A stretch of DNA of 64,000 nt from Eledone cirrhosa. Lineage: Eukaryota. Below, one piece after another: positions 37,499 to 51,758 of this stretch. The translations under genes and the position numbers were made by a program. Where the stretch lies: NCBI GenBank assembly GCA_964016885.1, contig OZ024758.1, positions 124,001 to 188,000 on the forward strand. Reading direction: 5' to 3'. Positions within the stretch are counted from its first letter, which is position 1. Each line of letters opens with the position of its first letter. A model generated the notes under the pieces. It saw only the letters and a list, made by a program, of their open reading frames with translations. It did no database searches and had not been told where the DNA came from.

Positions 37499-39476
37499 TC
37501 CACACTTGCTCGTTGTGGCTTCTGATGCAGACATCATGTCCGCCATCAGGTCCTTCCCAGCTAGCAGCTGCGGTGATGTTGATGGTCTCTGACCAGGCCT
37601 CCTCAAGGAGTTGACATCTCCCCTCTCCGCTGAGGCCGGGCGCCGCCTTCTGAGTGCAATTGTGGCGCTCACCAATAGGCTCATCCATGGCGCCCTGGAC
37701 TCTTATGCTCGAGGCCTCTTTTTTTCAGCCAGCTTCACCGCTCTCAGGAAGAAAGAAGATGGCATACGCCCCATTGCTGTGGGCAATGTCTTCCGGAGGC
37801 TGGCTGCCAAGGTAATCTGCAAGTCCGTAACACTCGGAACCGGCATCCAGGGCCTCCAGCCACCTCATTGTCAAGTTTGACATGAGGAATGCCTTCAACT
37901 CTTTACGCTGGGATCATCTGCTCGAGGCCTGCCTCAGCCGAGCCCCCTCTGCCTACCTGTCATATGGAGCCCCAAGCATGCGCCATGCTGCTGATACGGT
38001 CATACCCTTGGCTACTGGGATCCAACAGGGCAACCCTTTGGGACCCCTCCTGTTCACCCTTGGTATTGACCACATCGCCTGGAGTATAACGGCCCCTCTC
38101 AACGTTTGGTATCTGGATGATGCTACTTTGGGTGGGCCCGTACAGGCGGTCTGCCATGACCTTCAATCGGTGGTTCCTGCCCTGGCGGGAATCGACCTCC
38201 AGGTCAACTCAGCCAAGTCGGAGGTGGTGAATGTCAGCCTCGATGCTGCAAGCTTTGCAGTCTCCGTCTTGGACGTGCGGTCCATTCTCCGCCAGGTTCA
38301 GGTGACCCCCCAAAGAGGATGCCCTCACCGATCCACCCGCCGGCCATCCGCTCCTCCATCAAGTCCAGACTCTCACGAGCCGACTGGGCTTGATTGATGG
38401 CCACCCAGTTCTCTTTCTGCTGAGGAACTGCTACGCCATGCCGAAGCTCCTCTATACACTCTGTGCTACACCTAAACTTGTATCCGAGCAGCAGCCGATG
38501 AGATATGCAACTTTACCTGTCAGGTATGGCGGCCTTCGCCTCCAGTCCCCGATCTCACTAGCTTTGCCGGCATATCTTTCGTCGGTAACCTCGTACCACG
38601 TCCTCTTCAGCAGGGTTCTTCAAAACACAACAGAACCCTCTGTGTTCAGAGAACGCGTGGCTGCCTGTGAGACGTGGCACCGGCTGGGACTTAGCCCAGT
38701 AGACGTTCCTCCTCCTTCTCCCCCTGTTGACGTCAAGTCCCCCCCAACACACTTGGGATGCCATCCAGTGCAGCCTGGCCTCAGACAGGCTCACGTGCCA
38801 GCTCGACCAGCACCGCCTTGTTTGTTTTCGTGCAGCCTCCAAACCCCACAGTGGGGCCTGGCTCCATGCCCTGCCCTCCTTCTCCACTCGCACGCAGCTA
38901 GACAACAATAGCTTGCGCATCGGCGTTTCCCTGAGGCTCGGCCTCACACCAATGTCGCTGCCGTTCCACCATGGACTCTTTCAGCCTCCACCCGCAATCC
39001 ACGCCATGCTGCCCTCAACGAAGTCATTAAGCATGGCTTGGACGCTGCAGGCTTCCCTTCCCAGCTCGAGGGGACGGCAAAAGGCTAGATGGCATGACCA
39101 TCTTCCCGTTCCGCGGTGGCAAACCCCTCGTCTGGATGCCACTTGCACCGACACTTTCTGCAGCCGCAACCTGGTGCAGTCTGCGACTGGCCCAGGTTCT
39201 GCTGCACGTCAGGCTGAGGGGGCCAAACTCCTCACATATCGTTCACTCTCCGACAGGTTTGCGGTCGTACCCCTGGAAGTGGAGACTTCTGGTGTCCTCG
39301 GCCCCAGGGCTACCTCCTTACTCACCACCATAGGCGCTGAGCTGGCCAGCCGCAGGTGTGAGCCCCGCGAGTTGGAGTGGCTTTTCCAGCGCGTCTCCCT
39401 TGCCGTGCTCCGGGGAAACGCCTTCTCCATTCTGTCCGCCGGGGCTGTGGGTGGGTCCCATCGCGTACCGTTATGA
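37499..39476 (+). mobile_element. CRE-like element copy 6 (B 5' part, A 3' part)
   Basis: Same motifs; B-type SNPs at 37511-37735, then A type. Confidence 0.88.
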
Positions 39477-40470
39477 ATGTATACAAAACAACTAAATCTC
39501 TTAAATAACTTCACTTATATCCAAAACATGATTTGTATATACATCAACAGTGACTCATTATTATACGCCAGTCACGACCCCACTGCAAAAACGATATCTA
39601 TATAACAACCCCACCGTAAAACTACTCTTCCCCACTTTACAAACACTTTATATTATTTGTCATTAAGGTTTCTTAAAATAAATATATATACGTATGTGTA
39701 GTAATTAGTACGGAGACTGAGAGAGAAGGGGCGAGTGTGTCTTCATGGAGGGCGCATGGGACCAGCAAAGCCCTAAAAGTAGAGACCAGTAAATGAGATA
39801 AGGTCCTAGCTATGTTAAGAATATAAATAAGAAACATGTTCTATACATTTAAGAAGACAAGAGAAACATGTTCTAAACATTTAAGAAATAATTATTTACC
39901 TCTTTCATGTCGGTAATATAGCGGTGTTATAAAACTAATTATAACGACCGGTGTTAAAATAGAGAGAGATAGACAGATAAATGTGTGTCACACTCTCACC
40001 CTCTCTTTAAATCTTTTACACTATCTAACTCGTACTTCTCACACTCTCTTTAAATCTTTTACTCTATCTACCTCTCATTTCTATCTGTGTATGTATGTAT
40101 GTATCTGTCTATGTGTAACTCGGTGTACTGGAGCAATATGAAGTGAAGTGTCTTGCTCAAGAAGACATTTTGTGGAGTTATATCATCGTTTCTTGTTATA
40201 AAGCTACTTATACTACCGGCGTAACAGTGGCTATAGGTGATAGATGTAGAAATAAAAGGCTGTAACAGCGATATAAATATAGATGAAATAGTTTACCACG
40301 AGACTAAGAATGAATGTTTAATGGAATTAAGTGTAATCTAATAGGAAATAAGAGGCTAGAGCAGCGAAATGTTTACGTAAAATAAAAGAACAACAAACAA
40401 GAGTGCAACATTGAAATTTTTTTTTTTTTTTGTCGATATAAGCGTTATTTTATGCGCGATTTGCCTTGCT

Positions 40471-40583
40471 GCCGGCGCTGCTCAGTCAGTAGCAGCCCCG
40501 CTTACGAACTTCAGGAGCCAACGACTTTACATGGTTCGAATCTCACCCTCTCCGCTCTTGTCGAGTTATCTCCTACTCTTTTT
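40471..40583 (+). ncRNA. Candidate Pol III-like unit copy 6
   Basis: As 6958-7070. Confidence 0.4.
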
Positions 40584-41281
40584 ACTTAGTTCCAGGTCAT
40601 TAAAATAGAGCAAAGAGGGCGCGGCGATCGGCATATGCACTGGCTACAATGTTGAACTTTGGTACTGACTGCGTAGTTGAACGTTCCACATACCAACCGC
40701 CCAACTGGCCAGTCAACCGCATATGCGGCTGGCTGGCCGGTTGGGTAGTTGGCATATGTACTGGCTACCGTGCTGAACATTGTACTGACTGTCAAGTTGA
40801 ACGTTCTAACCCTCTCTTTACATCTATTACTCTATCTACCGCTTATTTCTCCCCCTCTCTTTACATCTATTACAGTGTCTCCCTGTATATATACACGTAT
40901 ATATGCACTAGATTTTATAAGAAATCTACGTAATAATATAATTAACAATAGTTGATGAATTAGACCAGAGTTAATTAAACAATAAATATGAATGAAATAG
41001 CAGTAGATGGCGAAACTTGAGTGTTGTGTGTGCATACATATATATGAGGTAAACTGGTTCAAATACTGTCAGGATTATATTGGATCAAAGACTGTATTAA
41101 ATAGAAAGTAAAAAATGAAGTGAAAATATAAAAACAAACTGAAAATTTCCCCCATCCCTAGAAAAATTCATATCTTGTTATATATAGATAATTGGCGCTT
41201 TAAATTGAATAAATATTCATTTATATATATATATATATGTATATATATATGTACACTGATATATATGTGTGTATATATATA

Positions 41282-41326
<45 letters not shown>

Positions 41327-41328
<2 letters not shown>

Positions 41329-41878
41329 ACTTCATCATACGTCCGCTTTTCCATGCTTGCAAGGGTGGGGTGGGAGCTGATTCTGGATTGGTTTCTACAG
41401 CTGGGTGCCCTTCCTGACGCCAACCCCGTTTGCAGTGAGTGCTGGGTGCTTTTTTTTTTCCGTGGCACCTCCACGTCAGCTTTACAGTGTGGGCTGGGTG
41501 CTTTTTTGCCGCGGCGCCTCCACGACCACTTTGCGGTGGGGTGGTGGGGTGGTATGTGTATACCCAGCCCATTGTCATTTGCCACACAGAAAAGCTTATA
41601 GCATCGTTCTTTACCCACGATGAATCTAGCAGACCCACCCCTCCACCTGGTCTCTTGAATACAACAAACATCGACCTCCTTACGTTCAAGCATTTCTACA
41701 ACCTCGTTAGAGCCACCCTATAAGGTGCCTACATTAATGGTACCAACTCTGAAGTTTTGGATTGCGTTTGGAGGTTGGGAGCGGTGGGGAGCGGGGATGG
41801 GGTTAGGGTTAGCCATCCGCGGCCGAAACAAAGAGGAGGAGCCCTTGCATTCTCGTCCATGAGGTGGATTTGTCTTTA
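41327..41878 (-). mobile_element. RTE derivative copy 6
   Basis: As 7850-8400. Confidence 0.8.
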
Positions 41879-42362
41879 TGTATGTATATGTATATATGTA
41901 TGTATGTGTGTGTATGTATGTATATGTATATATGAGTGTATATGTGTATATGTATGTATATGTATGTGTATGTATGTGTATATATGTGTATATGTATGTG
42001 TTTGTATATATGTGTGTGTATGTATATATGTGTGTGTATGTATATATATATATGTATGTATGTGTATATGTATGTATATGTATGTATGTGTATATGTATA
42101 TATGTGTGTATGTATGTATATATGTATGTATGTGTATATATGTATGTATGTATATGTATATATACGTGTGTATATGTATATATACTTATGTGTATATGCT
42201 TATGTATGTGTATGTATGTATATTTATATTATGTATATATATATATCTATGTATGTATATGTATGTATATGTGTATGTATGTGTATGTATGTATGTGTAT
42301 ATATGTATGTATGTATATATATATGTATGTATATGTATGTGTATGTATATGTATATGTATAT

Positions 42363-42719
42363 GGAGGCACATGGCTTAGTGGTTCGAGCATTGGCCTGGC
42401 AATCGAAAAGTTGTGAGTTCAATTCTCAGACCGGGTGATGTGTTGTTTCCTTGAGCAAGACACTTTATTTCACATTGCTCCAGTTTACTCAGCTGTAGAA
42501 ATGAGATGATAGGGACTGGGGTCCATATCATTCCACTGCAAAGTGGTCGTGGAGGTGCCACGGCAAAAAAGCACTCAGCACTCACTGTAAATGAGGTTGG
42601 TGTTAGGAAGGGCATCCAGCTGTAGAAATCAAGCCAGAATCAGTTCCCGTCCCACCCTTACAAGCAGGGAAAAAGCGGACTTAAAACGAAATGATGATGA
42701 TGATGATGATGATGATGAT
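42363..42719 (+). mobile_element. SINE copy
   Basis: As 2975-3343. Confidence 0.85.
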
Positions 42720-43364
42720 GTATGTATGTATGTGTATATGTATGTATGTATGTATGTATATGTATGTATGTGTATGAGATGCAGTTTGGTTTTGTGCCGC
42801 TGAAAAGTGCAACAGATGCCCTCTTCTTAGTGAGACAACTACAAAAGAGGTTCTTAGAGAAAAATAAGCCACTATACTTAGCTTTGGACATAGAGAAGGC
42901 TTTTGATAGAGAACTCTTATAAATGACAACATATATATATGTGTGTGTATATATATGTTTTTTTTTAAACTATATATTTATTACTCCCTTAAGCAGAAGA
43001 AATATATTCCCAGATATCGAAGATTACCACAATAACTAGGGAGCGGAAATCAATAGATGCTGGACATTGCTGCTGAGGGTAGGATGACCTGATGAGCTGG
43101 CTCCTGTGGTGGATACCTAAACATAGTAAGAGCCAAGTGGGATGACTGAGGTTCACCTACATACATCAGATGTCTCTGGATCTCCAGCTGGAGATTAATG
43201 ATCTCAGGAATGCCATGAAAAATCGTGACATCTAAAAAAGAAGAGTAGAATTGTTCTGGCCAATCCACCTGACCTAATAAACAATAATAATATTAATATA
43301 TATTGATGAAAATTAATTATGGTGAAATATCTTAGAAATCATTCTCAGAGGTTTTGTATTGTAA

Positions 43365-45343
43365 TCCACACTTGCTCCTTGTGGCTTCTGATGCAGACAT
43401 CATGTCCGCCATCAGGTCCTTCCCAGCTAGCAGCTGCGGAGATGTTGATGGTCTCTGACCAGGCCTCCTCAAGGAGTTGATATCTCCCCTCTCCGCTGAG
43501 GCCGGGCGCCGCCTTCTGAGTGCAATTGTGGCGCTCACCAATAGGCTCATCCATGGCGCCCTGGACTCTTATGCTCGAGGCCTCTTTTTTTCGGCCAGCC
43601 TCACCGCTCTCAGGAAGAAAGAGGATGGCATACGCCCCATTGCTGTGGGCAATGTCTTCCGGAGGCTGGCTGCCAAGGTAATCTGCAAGTCCGTAACACT
43701 CGGAACCGGCATCCAGGGCCTCCAGCCACCTCATTGTCAAGTTTGACATGAGGAATGCCTTCAACTCTTTACGCTGGGATCATCTGCTCGAGGCCTGCCT
43801 CAGCCGAGCCCCCTCTGCCTACCTGTCATATGGAGCCCCAAGCATGCGCCATGCTGCTGATACGGTCATACCCTTGGCTACTGGGATCCAACAGGGCAAC
43901 CCTTTGGGACCCCTCCTGTTCACCCTTGGTATTGACCACATCGCCTGGAGTATAACGGCCCCTCTCAACGTTTGGTATCTGGATGATGCTACTTTGGGTG
44001 GGCCCGTACAGGCGGTCTGCCATGACCTTCAATCGGTGGTTCCTGCCCTGGCGGGAATCGACCTCCAGGTCAACTCAGCCAAGTCGGAGGTGGTGAATGT
44101 CAGCCTCGATGCTGCAAGCTTTGCAGTCTCCGTCTTGGACGTGCGGTCCATTCTCCGCCAGGTTCAGGTGACCCCCCAAAGAGGATGCCCTCACCGATCC
44201 ACCCGCCGGCCATCCGCTCCTCCATCAAGTCCAGACTCTCACGAGCCGACTGGGCTTGATTGATGGCCACCCAGTTCTCTTTCTGCTGAGGAACTGCTAC
44301 GCCATGCAGAAGCTCCTCTATACACTCTGTGCTACACCTAAACTTGTATCCGAGCAGCAGCCGATGAGATATGCAACTTTACCTGTCAGGTATGGCGGCC
44401 TTCGCCTCCAGTCCCCGATCTCACTAGCTTTGCCGGCATATCTTTCGTCGGTAACCTCGTACCACGTCCTCTTCAGCAGGGTTCTTTAAAACACAACAGA
44501 ACCCTCTGTGTTCAGAGAACGCGTGGCCGCCTGTGAGACGTGGCACCGGCTGGGACTTAGCCCAGTAGACGTTCCTCCTCCTTCTCCCCCTGTTGACGTC
44601 AAGTCCCCCCCAACACACTTGGGATGCCATCCAGTGCAGCCTGGCCTCAGACAGGCTCACGTGCCAGCTCGACCAGCACCGCCTTGTTTGTTTTCGTGCA
44701 GCCTCCAAACCCCACAGTGGGGTCTGGCTCCATGCCCTGCCCTCCTTCTCCACTCGCACGCAGCTAGACAACAATAGCTTGCGCATCGGCGTTTCCCTGA
44801 GGCTCGGCCTCACACCAATGTCGCTGCCGTTCCACCATGGACTCTTTCGGCCTCCACCCGCAATCCACGCCATGCTGCCCTCAACGAAGTCATTAAGCAT
44901 GGCTTGGACGCTGCAGGCTTCCCTTCCCAGCTCGAGGGGACGGCAAAAGGCTAGATGGCATGACCATCTTCCCGTTCCGCGGTGGCAAACCCCTCGTCTG
45001 GGATGCCACTTGCACCGACACTTTCTGCAGCCGCAACCTGGTGCAGTCTGCGACTGGCCCAGGTTCTGCTGCACGTCAGGCTGAGGGGGCCAAACTCCTC
45101 ACATATCGTTCACTCTCCGACAGGTTTGCGGTCGTACCCCTGGAAGTGGAGACTTCTGGTGTCCTCGGCCCCAGGGCTACCTCCTTACTCACCACCATAG
45201 GCGCTGAGCTGGCCAGCCGCAGGTGTGAGCCCCGCGAGTTGGAGTGGCTTTTCCAGCGCGTCTCCCTTGCCGTGCTCCGGGGAAACGCCTTCTCCATTCT
45301 GACCGCCGGGGCTGTGGGTGGGTCCCATCGCGTACCGTTATGA
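43365..45343 (+). mobile_element. CRE-like element copy 7 (A)
   Basis: Same motifs; extra stop at ~44487. Confidence 0.88.
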
Positions 45344-46339
45344 ATGTATACAAAACAACTAAATCTCTTAAATAACTTCACTTATATCCAAAACATGATT
45401 TGTATATACATCAACAGTGACTCATTATTATACGCCAGTCACGACCCCACTGCAAAAACGATATCTATATAACAACCCCACCGTAAAACTACTCTTCCCC
45501 ACTTTACAAACACTTTATATTATTTGTCATTAAGGTTTCTTAAAATAAATATATATACGTATGTGTAGTAATTAGTACGGAGACTGAGAGAGAAGGGGCG
45601 AGTGTGTCTTCATGGAGGGCACATGGGACCAGCAAAGTCCTAAAAGTAGAGACCAGTAAATGAGATAAGGTCCTAGCTATGTTAAGAATATAAATAAGAA
45701 ACATGTTCTATACATTTAAGAAGACAAGAGAAACATGTTCTAAACATTTAAGAAATAATTATTTACCTCTTTCATGTCGGTAATATAGCGGTGTTATAAA
45801 ACTAATTATAACGACCGGTGTTAAAATAGAGAGAGATAGACAGATAAATGTGTGTCACACTCTCACCCTCTCTTTAAATCTTTTACACTATCTAACTCGT
45901 ACTTCTCACACTCTCTTTAAATCTTTTACTCTATCTACCTCTCATTTCTATCTGTGTATGTATGTATGTATCTGTCTATGTGTAACTCGGTGTACTGGAG
46001 CAATATGAAGTGAAGTGTCTTGCTCAAGAAGACATTTTGTGTAGTTATATCATCGTTTCTTGTTATAAAGCTACTTATACTACCGGCGTAACAGTGGCTA
46101 TAGGTGATAGATGTAGAAATAAAAGGCTGTAACAGCGATATAAATATAGATGAAATAGTTTACCACGAGACTAAGAATGAATGTTTAATGGAATTAAGTG
46201 TAATCTAATAGGAAATAAGAGGCTAGAGCAGCGAAATGTTTACGTAAAATAAAAGAACAACAAACAAGAGTGCAACATTGAAATTTTTTTTTTTTTTTTT
46301 GTCGGTATAAGCGTTATTTTATGCGCGATTTGCCTTGCT

Positions 46340-46452
46340 GCCGGCGCTGCTCAGTCAGTAGCAGCCCCGCTTACGAACTTCAGGAGCCAACGACTTTACA
46401 TGGTTCGAATCTCACCCTCTCCGCTCTTGTCGAGTTATCTCCTACTCTTTTT
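46340..46452 (+). ncRNA. Candidate Pol III-like unit copy 7
   Basis: As 6958-7070. Confidence 0.4.
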
Positions 46453-47193
46453 ACTTAGTTCCAGGTCATTAAAATAGAGCAAAGAGGGCGCGGCGATCGG
46501 CATATGCACTGGCTACAATGTTGAACTTTGGTACTGACTGCGTAGTTGAACGTTCCACATACCAACCGCCCAACTGGCCAGTCAACCGCATATGCGGCTG
46601 GCTGGCCGGTTGGGTAGTTGGCATATGTACTGGCTACCATGCTGAACATTGTACTGACTGTCAAGTTGAACGTTCTAACCCTCTCTTTACATCTATTACT
46701 CTATCTACCGCTTATTTCTCACCCTCTCTTTACTTCTATAACTCTATCTCCCACTCTCTTTACATCTATTACAGTGTCTCCCTGTATATATACACGTATA
46801 TATGCACTAGATTTTATAAGAAATCTACGTAATAATATAATTAACAATAGTTGATGAATTAGACCAGAGTTAATTAAACAATAAATATGAATGAAATAGC
46901 AGTAGATGGCGAAACTTGAGTGTTGTGTGTGCATACATATATATGAGGTAAACTGGTTCAAATACTGTCAGGATTATATTGGATCAAAGACTGTATTAAA
47001 TAGAAAGTAAAAAATGAAGTGAAAATATAAAAACAAACTGAAAATTTCCCCATCCCTAGAAAAATTCATATCTTGTTATATATAGATAATTGGCGCTTTA
47101 AATTGAATAAATATTCATTTATATATATATATATATGTATATATATATGTACACTGATATATATGTGTGTATATATATATGTGTATATATATA

Positions 47194-47272
<79 letters not shown>

Positions 47273-47274
<2 letters not shown>

Positions 47275-47822
47275 ACTTCATCATACGTCCGCTTTTCCAT
47301 GCTTGCAAGGGTGGGGTGGGAGCTGATTCTGGATTGGTTTCTACAGCTGGGTGCCCTTCCTGACGCCAACCCCGTTGCAGTGAGTGCTGGGTGCTTTTTT
47401 TTTCCGTGGCACCTCCACGTCAGCTTTACAGTGTGGGCTGGGTGCTTTTTTGCCGCGGCGCCTCCACGACCACTTTGCGGTGGGGTGGTGGGGTGGTATG
47501 TGTATACCCAGCCCATTGTCATTTGCCACACAGAAAAGCGTATAGCATCGTTCTTTACCCACGATGAATCTAGCAGACCCACCCCTCCACCTGGTCTCTT
47601 GAATACAACAAACATCGTCCTCCTTACGTTCAAGCATTTCTACAACCTCGTTAGAGCCACCCTATAAGGTGCCTACATTAATGGTACCAACTCTGAAGTT
47701 TTGGATTGCGTTTGGAGGTTGGGAGCAGTGGGGAGCGGGGATGGGGTTAGGGTTAGCCATCCGCGGCCGAAACAAAGAGGAGGAGCCCTTGCATTCTCGT
47801 CCATGAGGTGGATTTGTCTTTA
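47273..47822 (-). mobile_element. RTE derivative copy 7
   Basis: As 7850-8400. Confidence 0.8.
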
Positions 47823-48758
47823 TGTATGTATATGTATATATGTATGTATGTGTGTGTATGTATGTATATGTATATATGAGTGTATATGTGTATATGTATG
47901 TATATGTATGTGTATGTATGTGTATATATGTGTATATGTATGTGTTTGTATATATGTGTGTGTATGTATATATGTGTGTGTATGTATATATATATATGTA
48001 TGTATGTGTATATGTATGTATATGTATGTATGTGTATATGTATATATGTATGTATATGTGTGTATGTATGTATATATGTATGTATGTGTATATATGTATG
48101 TATGTATATGTATATATACGTGTGTATATGTATATATACTTATGTGTATATGCTTATGTATGTGTATGTGTGTATATTTATATTATGTATATATATATAT
48201 CTATGTATGTGTATGTATGTATATATATGTATGTATATGTGTATGTATGTATATGTATGTATGTGTATATGTATATATGTGTGTATGTATGTATATATGT
48301 ATGTATGTGTATATATGTATGTATGTATATGTATATATACGTGTGTATATGTATATATACTTATGTGTATATGCTTATGTATGTGTATGTGTGTATATTT
48401 ATATTATGTATATATATATATCTATGTATGTGTATGTATGTATATATATGTATGTATATGTGTATGTATGTATATGTATGTATGTGTATATGTATATATG
48501 TGTGTATGTATGTATATATGTATGTATGTGTATATATGTATGTATGTATATGTATATATACGTGTGTATATGTATATATACTTATGTGTATATGCTTATG
48601 TATGTGTATGTATGTATATTTATATTATGTATATATATATATCTATGTATGTATATGTATGTATATGTGTATGTATGTGTATGTATGTATGTGTATATAT
48701 GTATGTATGTATATATATATGTATGTATATGTATGTGTATGTATATGTATATGTATAT
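47822..48758. repeat. Expanded microsatellite with a 221-bp internal triplication
   Basis: Landmark TATACGTGTG has its C at 48119, 48340 and 48561. Confidence 0.9.
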
Positions 48759-49112
48759 GGAGGCACATGGCTTAGTGGTTCGAGCATTGGCCTGGCAATC
48801 GAAAGGTTGTGAGTTCAATTCTCAGACCGGGTGATGTGTTGTTTCCTTGAGCAAGACACTTTATTTCACATTGCTCCAGTTTACTCAGCTGTAGAAATGA
48901 GATGATAGGGACTGGGGTCCATATCATTCCACTGCAAAGTGGTCGTGGAGGTGCCACGGCAAAAAAGCACTCAGCACTCACTGTAAATGAGGTTGGTGTT
49001 AGGAAGGGCATCCAGCTGTAGAAATCAAGCCAGAATCAGTTCCCGTCCCACCCTTGCAAGCAGGGAAAAAGCGGACTTAAAACGAAATGATGATGATGAT
49101 GATGATGATGAT
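48759..49112 (+). mobile_element. SINE copy
   Basis: As 2975-3343. Confidence 0.85.
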
Positions 49113-49753
49113 GTATGTATGTATGTGTATATGTATGTATGTATGTATATGTATGTATGTGTATGAGATGCAGTTTGGTTTTGTGCCGCTGAAAAGTGCA
49201 ACAGATGCCCTCTTCTTAGTGAGACAACTACAAAAGAGGTTCTTAGAGAAAAATAAGCCACTATACTTAGCTTTGGACATAGAGAAGGCTTTTGATAGAG
49301 AACTCTTATAAATGACAACATATATATATGTGTGTGTATATATATGTTTTTTTTAAAACTATATATTTATTACTCCCTTAAGCAGAAGAAATATATTCCC
49401 AGATATCGAAGATTACCACAATAACTAGGGAGCGGAAATCAATAGATGCTGGACATTGCTGCTGAGGGTAGGATGACCTGATGAGCTGGCTCCTGTGGTG
49501 GATACCTAAACATAGTAAGACCCTAGTGGGATGACTGAGGTTCACCTACATACATCAGATGTCTCTGGATCTCCAGCTGGAGATTAATGATCTCAGGAAT
49601 GCCATGAAAAATCGTGACATCTAAAAAAGAAGAGTAGAATTGTTCTGGCCAATCCACCTGACCTAATAAACAATAATAATATTAATATATATTGATGAAA
49701 ATTAATTATGGTGAAATATCTTAGAAATCATTCTCAGAGGTTTTGTATTGTAA

Positions 49754-51758
49754 TCCACACTTGCTCGTTGTGGCTTCTGATGCAGACATCATGTCCGCCA
49801 TCAGGTCCTTCCCAGCTAGCAGCTGCGGTGATGTTGATGGTCTCTGACCAGGCCTCCTCAAGGAGTTGACATCTCCCCTCTCCGCTGAGGCCGGGCGCCG
49901 CCTTCTGAGTGCAATTGTGGCGCTCACCAATAGGCTCATCCATGGCGCCCTGGACTCTTATGCTCGAGGCCTCTTTTTTTCAGCCAGCTTCACCGCTCTC
50001 AGGAAGAAAGAGGATGGCATACGCCCCATTGCTGTGGGCAATGTCTTCCGGAGGCTGGCTGCCAAGGTAACCTGCAAGTCCGTAACACTCGGAACCGGCA
50101 TCCAGGGACTCCAGCCACCTCATTGTCAAGTTTGACATGAGGAATGCCTTCAACTCTTTACGCTGGGATCATCTGCTCGAGGCCTGCCTCAGCCGAGCCC
50201 CCTCTGCCTAGCTGTCATATGGAGCCCCGAGCATGCGACATGCTGCTGATACGGTCATACCCTTGGCTACTGGGATCCAACAGGGCAACCCTTTGGGACC
50301 CCTCCTGTTCACCCTTGGTATTGACCACATCGCCCGGAGTATAACGGCCCCTCTCAACGTTTGGTATCTGGATGATGCTACTTTGGGTGGGCCCGTACAG
50401 GCGGTCTGCCATGACCTTCAATCGGTGGTTCCTGCCCTGGCGGGAATCGACCTCCAGGTCAACTCAGCCAAGTCGGAGGTGGTGAATGTCAGCCTCGATG
50501 CTGCAAGCTTTGCAGTCGCCGTCTTGGACGTGCGGTCCATTCTCCGCCAGGTTCAGGTGACCCCCAAAGAGGATGCGCTCACCGATCCACCCGCCGGCCA
50601 TCCGCTCCACCATCAAGTTCAGACTCTCACGAGCCGACTGGGCTTGATTGATGGCCACCCAGTTCTCTTTCTGCTGAGGAACTGCTACGCCATGCCGAAG
50701 CTCCTCTATACACTCTGTGCTACACCCAGACTTGTATCCGAGCAGCAGCCGATGAGATATGCAACTTTACCTAACAGGTATGGCGACCTTCGCCTCCAGT
50801 CCCCGATCTCACTAGCTTTGCCAGCGTATCTTTCGTCGGTAACCTCGTACCACGTCCATCTCAGCAGGGTTCTTCAAAACACAACAGAACCCTCTGTGTT
50901 CAGAGAACGCGTGGCCGCCTGTGAGACGTGGCACCGGCTGGGACTTAGCCCAGTAGACGTTCCTCCTCCTTCTCCCCCTGTTGACGTCAAGTCCCCCCCC
51001 AACACACTTGGGATGCCATCCAGTGCAGCCTGGCCTCAGACAGGCTCACGTGCCAGCTCGACCAGCACCGCCTTGTTTGTTTTCGTGCGGCCTCCAAACC
51101 CCACAGTGGGGCCTGGCTCCATGCCCTGCCCTCCTTCTCCACTCGCACGCAGCTAGACAACCATAGCTTGCGCATCGGCGTTTCCCTGAGGCTCGGCCTC
51201 ACACCAATGTCGCTGCCGTTCCACCATGGACTCTTTCGGCCTCCACCCGCTTTCCTGTCGCCACAGTGCCAGCCGCAATCCACGCCATGCTGCCCTCAGC
51301 GAAATCATTAAGCATGGCTTGGACGCTGCAGGCTTCCCTTCCCAGCTCCAGGGGACGGCAAAAGGCCAGATGGCATGACCATCTTCCCGTTCCGCGGTGG
51401 CAAACCCCTCGTCTGGGATGCCACTTGCACCGACACTTTCTGCAGCCGCAACCTGGTGCAGTCTGCGACTGGCCCAGGTTCTGCTGCACGTCAGGCTGAG
51501 AGGGCCAAACTGCTCACATATCGTTCACTCTCCGACAGGTTTGCGGTCGTACCCCTGGAAGTGGAGACTTCTGGTGTCCTCGACCCCAGGGCTACCTCCT
51601 TACTCACCACCATAGGGGCTGAGCTGGCCAGTCGCAGGTGTGAGCCCCGCGAGTTGGAGTGGCTTTTCCAGCGCGTCTCCCTTGCCGTGCTCCGGGGAAA
51701 CGCCTTCTCCATTCTGTCCGCCGGGGCTGTGGGTGGGCCCCATCGCGTACCGTTATAG
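49754..51758 (+). mobile_element. CRE-like element copy 8 (B)
   Basis: Same motifs; Zn knuckle and RPDG intact; private stop at ~50209. Confidence 0.88.
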
